From: Macrostomum lignano
Lineage: Eukaryota
Assembly: GCA_002269645.1 (NCBI GenBank)
Contig: NIVC01004137.1
Location: 1-58,540, forward strand
Direction of reading: 5' to 3'
DNA: 58,540 bases
Shown here piece by piece: positions 50,582 through 58,540 of the stretch. The position numbers and the translations under genes are program-made. A model generated the notes under the pieces. It was not told the DNA's origin. It saw nothing but the letters and a program-made list of their open reading frames with translations, and ran no database searches. How positions within the stretch are numbered: the stretch's first letter is position 1; the number at the start of each line of letters is the position of its first letter.

Positions 50582-51535
50582 CTGCTATTTCTGTTTCTAC
50601 CTGAGCTTTTGTCAGTCAGGTCAGGTAAGAAGGATGCTTTAAGAGTAGGTTTATGTTAGGATTCGTGTTTGGGTTAGAGTTATAGGGTTAGGGTTTAGGA
50701 CTTAAGTCAGTAAGTAGTAGGTGCTAGCCGTCTTCTGTTAGAGGGAGGTAGGGATTGCAAAATCCCGGATTTTTGTGATCCCGGGATTTAATCCCGGAAT
50801 TTGGCCAATCAGAATTATACAGATTTTTATGCTTCTAGGTTAAAATTTTAAGGCAAAATATGCGCTAAACGCTTTTTTGCTTACTTTTTTGTATTGTTAT
50901 AGAGATAATGATCTATTTTTAGATGAAAAATAGCATTTTCTTGTGACCTATTGAAGTAAGTAGTATAAATGTACTAATTAGTAGTAAAGAAGCAAATCAT
51001 ATCAAAATTTAAATTGAAATTAATTTCACATTCAAATCTGTGATGCGGGGTTTAAAAAGGTGCCACACGACGTGAGGCAATTAACGGAAATTAGGGGCTC
51101 CGATTAATTTGGTGGTTGTGTTCACAAAAATTGCCAAATGCAGAATGGGTCATAATAGTCATAATAAGGGGCCAACACATGCTTTTGTGCACCCTGTGTG
51201 AGCGTGTGTATTAGCGCTTGTATAGTTTTGCTGAGGAGTCGGCGGAATGAGCAATATTTATTTATGCATACAGACAAACTATAAGTTTAGAAGAGAGGCA
51301 GAGTTAGAGTGTACATTTACTGAACCCCAATAGCCGTAGTTTTTTTATATAGTTCACTTTACGATTCTAGATTATGTAAGTCTCAAACTTTGGCTAAATG
51401 TACATATTGTGCTCTTATCTAGCAGTGGGGTGGTGGCTTTCGCTGGCGCGGCGTTTTGTTTGATAATTGAACCCGCGTTTCATCTATTTTTTTCAGTCGC
51501 GCCTTAACTATCGATTATTACTTTAATTTTTCGCG

Positions 51536-53038
51536 ATGGCTTCTCTACAATCTGACTTGGCCAATCAAGAAGGCTCTGCCGCCGATTCCTTTGAAGTCGC
51601 CGCCGCCGCGTCGAGCGATTGTCGCGTCAAGCTCAACCGACGCTCGCTGGGCGGCTTAGCCTTTGATGTTGAATTTATTGACGACAGCGGCCAGAGTAAT
51701 AAAACTGATAATAGCGATGTTAAAAGTTCAGTTGGCGGCGGTAAAACGGCTGTTGACGCCAGTCCTAGTCGAAAGGCCCAGCAGCCGCCACAGTCGACTG
51801 CAGTCAGCGCCGATGAAATCGCCGAACGCCTGGCCGCGGCTGAGCTCCGTCGAGAGCAGCAGCTGGCCGAGCGAGTCGGCCGTCTGGAGACCAAGCTCAG
51901 TCACGTGACCGAAGTGGCCGAGCGACAGAAACGCGAAGTGGAAGCTCGAACTGAGCAGAATTTGAAGTCTGTTGAGGAGACGCTGAAAGCTGCCGAAGAG
52001 CGCCGACTGGGAAGGATGGAGGCAAGTTAACGGTCTTGGATAAATGGTTCCATGTGTACTTTTATTTTCTATGCTCGATTGCTTATAACTGCCGCCTGAC
52101 TGGGGGGGGCAGCGACCCGACTGGGGGGGGGGGCAGCGGCCTGATTGTGGTGGGGGGGGCAGCGACCTGATGGTGGTGCGGGGGGCAGCGACCTGATGGT
52201 GGTGGGGGGCAGCGACCTGATGGTGGTGGGGGGGGCAGCGACCTGATGGTGGTGGGGAGGGGCAGCGACCTGATGGTGGTGGGGGGGGCAGCGACCTGAT
52301 GGTGGTGGGGAGGGGCAGCGACCTGATGGTGGTGGGGGGGCAGCGACCTGATGGTGGTAGGCGGGGGACAGCGACCTGATGGTGGTAGGGGGGGGCAGCG
52401 ACCTGATGATGGTGGTAGGGGGCAGCGACCTGTTGGTGTGGGGGGGGGCAGCGACCTGATGGTGGTGGGGGGCAGCGACCTGATGGTGGTGGGGGGGACA
52501 GCGACCTGATGGTGGTGGGGGGGGGACAGCGACCTGATGGTGGTGGGGGGGACAGCGACCTGATGGTGGTGGGGGGGGACAGCGACCTGATGGTGGTAGG
52601 GGGGGGGACAGCGACCTGATGATGGTGGTAGGGGGGCAGCGACCTGTTGGTGTGGGGCACTAAGGGGCAGCGGCCTGAAAGCTTGGAAATTGTCAAGTAG
52701 ACGCGCACCCCGAATGCATTTAATGACACCAGCAACGTTATTATCATCAAACCGATGCCCCAACCCAGGAGGTGAAGCAGCGAGCTCGCGGCCTGAGCGC
52801 CGGAGCCAAGGAGCGCAGCAAGGCGGTACGCGAGAAGCTGGAAGCGGAACGGCAGACGCTCGAAGCCGAGCTGGATCGCGACATTCGTGCCAAAGAGGCG
52901 AAACGCCGCGAACAAATCGAACGAATTGTGCAGGGCGCCCAGCAGCACCTGGCCAAGGTGGAGGGGGTGCGCAATCAGCGGCTGAGCACCGGGCCTGAGC
53001 AAGGCTGCGGCGACACGGCCGGAACGCAGTCAGAGTAA
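51536..53038 (+). CDS. Stathmin-family tubulin-binding protein; exons 51536-52021 and 52769-53038 (GC-AG intron)
   Basis: VKLNRRSLGGLAFDVEF (cf. stathmin ASGQAFELIL); SADEIAERLAAAELRR and LKAAEERR spaced 51 aa; coiled coil continues in exon 2. Confidence 0.85.
52100..52670. repeat. Intronic G-rich minisatellite, ~24-27 bp unit GGGGCAGCGACCTGATGGTGGTG
   Basis: About 22 copies. Confidence 0.95.
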
Positions 53039-53759
53039 CAGCCGACTGCCGTTTTTTGAAACGCTGATAATTAAAAAGTTCCGTTGGATTATATTTAGGT
53101 CAAAATTCTCTTTCTATACTACTACATAGTTTATGCCAGTTATTCAGCGCTCATTATATCCTTTATTTTTTTCTATTATTTTCCTATTGTTAGTATACAT
53201 TTTTGCTATAGAAGTAGTGCAGTTTAGAAATCGCCAAAAAATTATTGCATTTTTTCTATTTCTAGGATAAGTGAATAAGAATTCCTAATTTTTGTTTAAA
53301 ATCTAGTTTTTATTAATAAGAAGTTTTTGCATTTGTTTAAGTTTACCAGTTTAGTGTCAATATATAAAAATTGCATTAGTCTACCAGTTTTCCTATAATT
53401 AGTTTATACCCGTTGTCGCCTATATAGCTCATCATTTTCTCCTCTACATATAGGCATCAGTATGCAATCTCAATTAGTCAATCCCAATGACTGTCAGTTG
53501 GACTGTCGCCAAATTTATAAACAAAACTTTTGTAACTCTAGGTGACCAATAAATCTTCCAGTGTGTGCGAGCCAGTTAACGAAGTTGTGTTCTGCTGAAA
53601 ATTTGATTCAAAAATTGTTTCAATGCTCTTCAACCTGAGTTAGTTAATTTATTCAATGAAATACATCTACGAAAACATATTAACCAATTAAACCAGGCCA
53701 TTAACATTTTAGAGAATTTTCTAGGGAATCACCCCTATTTAAAAACCCACAGAAATTTC

Positions 53760-54885
53760 CCTAAAGCCTTGATAAATCGCCCTATAAAACCCCCCACAGG
53801 GTCGTCCAAAAATCCCAATATAATTGCCACTAGAAGCCTCCTAAAATCGCCCCTAAACCCCCACATACAATCGCCTCTAAAAACCCCCTAAAATCGCCCC
53901 TAAATCCCCATATCATTGCCACTAAAACCCTCCTAAAATCGTCCCTAAACCCCCACATACAATCGCCTCTAAAACCCCCTAAAATCGCCCCTAAATCCCC
54001 ATATCATTGCCACTAAAACCCTCCTAAAATCGTCCCTAACCCCCCCCATACAATCGCCACTAAAACCCTCCTAAAATCGCCACTAAAACCCTCCTAAAAT
54101 CGCCCCTAACCCCTAAACAATCGCCCCTAAAACCCTCCTAAAATCGCCCCTAAACCCACCTACAATCGACACTAAAACCCTCCTAAAACCGCCCCTAAAA
54201 CCCTCCTAAAACCGCCCCTAAAACCCTCCTAAAATCGCCCCTAAACCCACCTACAATCGACACTAAAACCCTCCTAAAACCGCCCCTAAAACCCTCCTAA
54301 AACCGCCCTAAAACCCTCCTAAAATCGCCCCTAAACCCCACATACAATCGCCTCTAAAACCCTCATAGAATCGCCCCTAAAACCCTCCTAAAATCGCCCC
54401 TAAAATCCCCATCCATAAAATCGCCACTAAAACCCTCCTAAAATCGTCCCTAACCCCCCATACAATCGCCACTAAAACCCTCCTAAAATCGCCCCTAACC
54501 CCCTAAACAATCGCCCTAAAACCCTCCTAAAATCGCCCCTAAACCCCACCTACAATCGACACTAAAACCCTCCTAAAACCGCCCCTAAAACCCTCCTAAA
54601 ACCGCCCCTAAAACCCTCCTAAAATCGCCCCTAAACCCCACCTACAATCGACACTAAAACCCTCCTAAAACCGCCCCTAAAACCCTCCTAAAACCGCCCC
54701 TAAAACCCTCCTAAAATCGCCCCTAAACCCCACATACAATCGCCTCTAAAACCCTCATAGAATCGCCCCTAAAACCCTACTAAAATCGCCCCTAAAATCC
54801 CCATCCATAAAATCGCCCCTAAAACCCTCCTAAAATCGCCCCTAAAACCCTCCTAAAATCGCCCCTAAAACCCCAATATAAAAAT
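53760..54885. repeat. Minisatellite, ~23 bp unit CTAAAATCGCCCCTAAAACCCTC with higher-order blocks
   Basis: Tandem copies ending ~50 bp before the OSGEPL1 ATG. Confidence 0.95.
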
Positions 54886-54935
54886 CGCATTGAAAACTGT
54901 ATATTATACAATACCTGAGCGTTTAATTACATTGC

Positions 54936-57536
54936 ATGCAACTCCAAAGATTCGCGCTCGCGCCCCTAAAGGCCTTGCAATGGACCAGTGGCTTCGCTGT
55001 CATCGGCAACAGAGGCAGCAGGCGCCTGTGCTCAATAGGAACCATTCTAGGCATTGAGACTAGCTGCGATGACACAGGCGTTGCCATGGTAACCACAGAC
55101 GGTCGGATACTGGCCGAGACTGTCTATGGCCAGACTACTACCCACCTAGCAACTGGAGGCATTGTTCCAGCCACGGCTGCGCAGCTCCACGCTGCCAATA
55201 TTAACCCCGCTATTAGCCAGGTGTTACACGAAACTGGCGTTGCCATGGAAACGGTCGACGCGGTCGCCGTTACCAATTGTCCAGGTATGGCGCCCTGTCT
55301 GAAAGTCGGCTTGGTGCACGCTAAGCGCCTGGCTCGGCGGTTTAATAAGCCGCTGATACCTGTGCATCACATGCGAGCTCACGCGCTCACCGCTTGCCTC
55401 ACTGATGGGGTGCAGCTGCCCTTCCTAGCCTTGTTGCTAAGCGGCGGCCACTCCCTGCTAGCGGTTGCTAGGGAAGTTGACGATTTCTACCTGGTTGGCA
55501 GAGGTTTGGACCAATCGCCAGGTGACACATTGGACAAGTGCGCTCGGTGAGTTTGGAACTGTGAGAATCGCCCTCAATGTAGCCATGAGAATCGCCCTCA
55601 ACTGTAGTCACGAGAATCGCCCTCGTAGCCATGAGAATCGCCCTCGCTGTAGCCATGAGAATCGCCCTCGCTGTAGCCATGAGAATCGCCCTCGCTGTAG
55701 CCATGAGAATCGCCCTCACTGTAGTCACGAGAATCGCCCTCGTAGCCATGAGAATCGCCCTCGCTGTAGCCATGAGAATCGCCCTCGCTGTAGCCATGAG
55801 AATCGCCCTCGCTGTAGCCATGAGAATCGCCATCACTGTAGGCATGAGAAGCACCGTCTCGGTGTAGCTAGCTGAGAATCGCCCCTAGAGTGTCGCCCAT
55901 AAACAGTTCTGAGAGTTGCCCTCACCTGCCATCGCCATTCCCTTCTCGCAGCTACCTGCGTCTCAGTGAGCTGCCCGGTCTCGGCGATCTGCCCGGAGGT
56001 CGCGCCGTCGAGATCGTAGCCTCCCAAGGCGGCGACTCCCGCGCTTGGCCGCTGTCCGGCAGCAGCACCCGGTTTAACAAGTCGACTGCAACTTCAGCTT
56101 CTCCGGATTGCAGTCTGCGTTTCGACAGCTGGCAAACAGGGTGCTTCTTGGCGACCCCATGCAGCTCTCTGAGCCGTTGCAGCATAACCATTTGGTAAGT
56201 CTCTGTTGTGCTCTGTTCCTGCAATGCCTTATCGACATTGACACTCATTTCAGCTCCATCAAAACTCAATGCAGTCCCATCGACACTCATTCCAGCTCCA
56301 TCGACACTCATTCCAGCTCCATCGACACTCATTCCAGCCCCATCGACACTCATTCCAGCCCCATCGACACTCATTCCAGTCTCATCGACGCTCATTCCAG
56401 CCCCATCGACACTCATTGCAGTCTCATCGACACTCATTCCAGCCCCATCGACACTCATTACAGCCCCATCGACACTCATTCCAGTCTCATCGACACTCAT
56501 TCCAGTCTCATCGACACTCATTGCAGCCCCATCGATACTCATTCCAGCCCCATCGACACTCATTACAGCCCCATCGACACTCATTCCAGTCTCATCGACA
56601 CTCATTACAGCCCCATCGACACTCATTACAGCCCCATCGACGCTCATTCCAGCCCCATCGACACTCATTGCAGTCTCATCGACACTCATTCCAGCCCCAT
56701 CGACACTCATTGCAGTCTCATCGACACTCATTCCAGCCCCATCGACACTCATTCCAGTCTCATCGACACTCATTCCAGTCTCATCGACACTCATTGCAGC
56801 CCCATCGATACTCATTCCAGCCCCATCGACACTCATTACAGCCCCATCGACACTCATTCCAGTCTCATCGACACTCATTCCAGTCCATCGACACTCATTA
56901 CAGCCCCATCGACACTCATTCCAGCCCCATCGACACTCATTGCAGTCTCATCGACACTCATTCCAGCCCCATCGACACTCATTGCAGTCTCATCGACACT
57001 CATTCCAGCCCCATCGACACTCATTGGAGTCCTATTAACACTCATTGCAGCTTGTCTAATTACTCGTAATTCGAGTTACTAATTAGCTAATTCTCTAAGT
57101 ACGCTCGTACTTCTTCTGTTTCAGGTTCGCCAGCACTACCCTCACCTCTGCGCCAGTCTTCAATACGCCTGTGTCGAATGGTTGCCACCCGAACAGCTCG
57201 AGCCGTGAAATTCGCTCGCCGCACCGAGCTGCTCCCAGAATCCTTCCCTATCGTTGTCTCTGGCGGAGTGGCCGCCAACTCCGCCGTTCGTAGTTCGCTT
57301 CAAAGCCTCGCCAAGTTTTACGACTTGCCGTCGGCGGTTTTTCCGCGGCGAGACTCTGCACCGACAATGGCGTCATGATTGCCTGGGCTGGTGCGCAGCT
57401 CTGGCGCCGCCGGCTTCACTGCGTGATGCCAAGGGATTTTGCTAGCGTCGATTTGGAGGCTCGCTGCCCTATTGGGGAAGATTTAACTGGCCTGGTGGCC
57501 AACTGGCACATCCCGGTTGACAGGTTAGCATTCTGA
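54936..57536 (+). CDS. OSGEPL1: Mitochondrial tRNA N6-adenosine threonylcarbamoyltransferase (OSGEPL1/Qri7/TsaD family); exons 54936-55546, 55952-56194, 57125-57536; three apparent 1-bp deletions
   Basis: N-terminal transit-like peptide; ILGIETSCDDTG, PVHHMRAHAL, LLLSGGHS, DQSPGDTLDKCAR, DCNFSFSGL, VVSGGVAAN, LCTDNGVMIAWAG; in-phase GT-AG introns. Confidence 0.93.
55560..55830. repeat. Intronic minisatellite, 24 bp unit GCCATGAGAATCGCCCTCGCTGTA
   Basis: About 11 copies in OSGEPL1 intron 1. Confidence 0.95.
56265..57025. repeat. Intronic minisatellite, 21 bp unit CCCCATCGACACTCATTCCAG
   Basis: About 35 copies in OSGEPL1 intron 2. Confidence 0.96.
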
Positions 57537-57639
57537 CTGATCATCCAGTAGCTGAGTCTGGGACTGCTCAATAAATGAGTTCTTGTTGCACAGCGGTGTG
57601 CATCTATCTCAGGTTTTGAGATTCTCAGTTTTGAGCAGC

Positions 57640-58075
57640 TCTCAGATCCTCAGTTGCTGAGCCAGCCTCCCAGATCCTCAGTTGCTGGGCCAGCCTCCCA
57701 GATCCTAGTTGCTGGGCCAGCCTCCAGATCCTCAGTTGCTGGGCCAGCCTCCCAGATCCTCAGTTGCTGGGCCAGCCTCCCAGATCCTCAGTTGCTGGGC
57801 CAGCCTCCCAGATCCTCAGTTGCTGGCCAGCCTCCTAGATCCTCAGTTGCTGGGCCAGCCTCCAGATCCTCAGTTGCTGGGCCAGCCTCCCAGATCTTCA
57901 GTTGCTGGGCCAGCCTCCCAGATCCTCAGTTGCTGGGCTAGCCTCCAGATCCTCAGTTGCTGGGCCAGCCTCCAGATCCTCAGTTGCTGTGCCAGCCTCC
58001 CAGATCCTCAGTTGCTGTGCAGCTCCCAGATCATTCAGTTGCTGTGCCAGCCTCTCAGATCCTCAGTTCTAGGCT
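57640..58075. repeat. Minisatellite, ~28 bp unit CAGATCCTCAGTTGCTGGGCCAGCCTCC
   Basis: About 15 copies downstream of OSGEPL1. Confidence 0.95.
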
Positions 58076-58540
58076 AGCCTCCTGGGCCACTGCCATCCGC
58101 TTTGATCCTCAGGCTGGCATGGCAGTTTAAGTTTCCAGCCTAATTTTTCAGCATTATGAGTGTCATTTTCATGGCTATACGCTCGTACGAGCGTATACAT
58201 GTACTTTAAATGTAGCTAAATTTCTTAAAATGAAAATCATGTACATGTAGAATCAGTTGTAGACATGCCTGTTACATACATGTATTTCCATCAGCTTAAT
58301 AAGTGGCTGCATTGCCGAGCTGGTTAATTTTGTATGAAGATATTCTTCGTCACGCATATATAAATCATACAATACGTGTATACGCGCTTCTCTATTTTAA
58401 AATATATGTAAAATAAATGAGAAAATATTTTTCTTTAACAACCACAACCATTATTATTCTATTCCTTCATCTCGTATTAACCATATCGCTCCTTTAAATT
58501 TTATTCCTCCAACTAGCTGTATGCGAATATGTTAGTTTCT

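Noticed and set aside
50675-50700. Telomere-like GGGTTAG words (also CCCTAA in the 54-kb array)
   Set aside because: Too short and degenerate to call an interstitial telomere.

Overview
Eukaryotic, intron-containing, very repeat-rich genomic DNA. It has GC-rich exons, spliceosomal GT-AG introns and many 15-31 bp minisatellites, a style I would infer to be a Macrostomum-like flatworm (not proven). The left part (1-35 kb) is mostly mobile or derived DNA. It holds LINE fragments, an apparently intact DD34D mariner (TIRs + TA TSD) whose empty site survives in an inverted paralogous copy, a small SAP-domain ORF and a spliced Q-rich gene of unknown function. It also holds a five-exon Helitron-type gene (STPR repeats - OTU protease - Rep/HUH) reconstructed by hand from in-phase splice sites, a 5.5-kb CMC/EnSpm-like element (CCCTA termini, 2-bp TSD) and a gypsy RT fragment. 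The right part (35-58 kb) has five co-oriented host genes: an aveugle/SAMD10/12-like SAM protein, a polyhomeotic homologue, a multi-C2H2 zinc-finger gene, a stathmin-family gene with a GC-AG intron, and OSGEPL1/Qri7. Every intron of these host genes carries its own minisatellite. A 63-bp-arm hairpin with a central CACGTG palindrome lies upstream of polyhomeotic. Four apparent 1-bp deletions in otherwise conserved genes look like consensus errors. No rRNA, tRNA or CRISPR array is supported. I cannot demonstrate a wholly new system; the best leads are the spliced STPR-OTU-Rep Helitron, the intron/minisatellite architecture, the convergent paralog pair and the hairpin.
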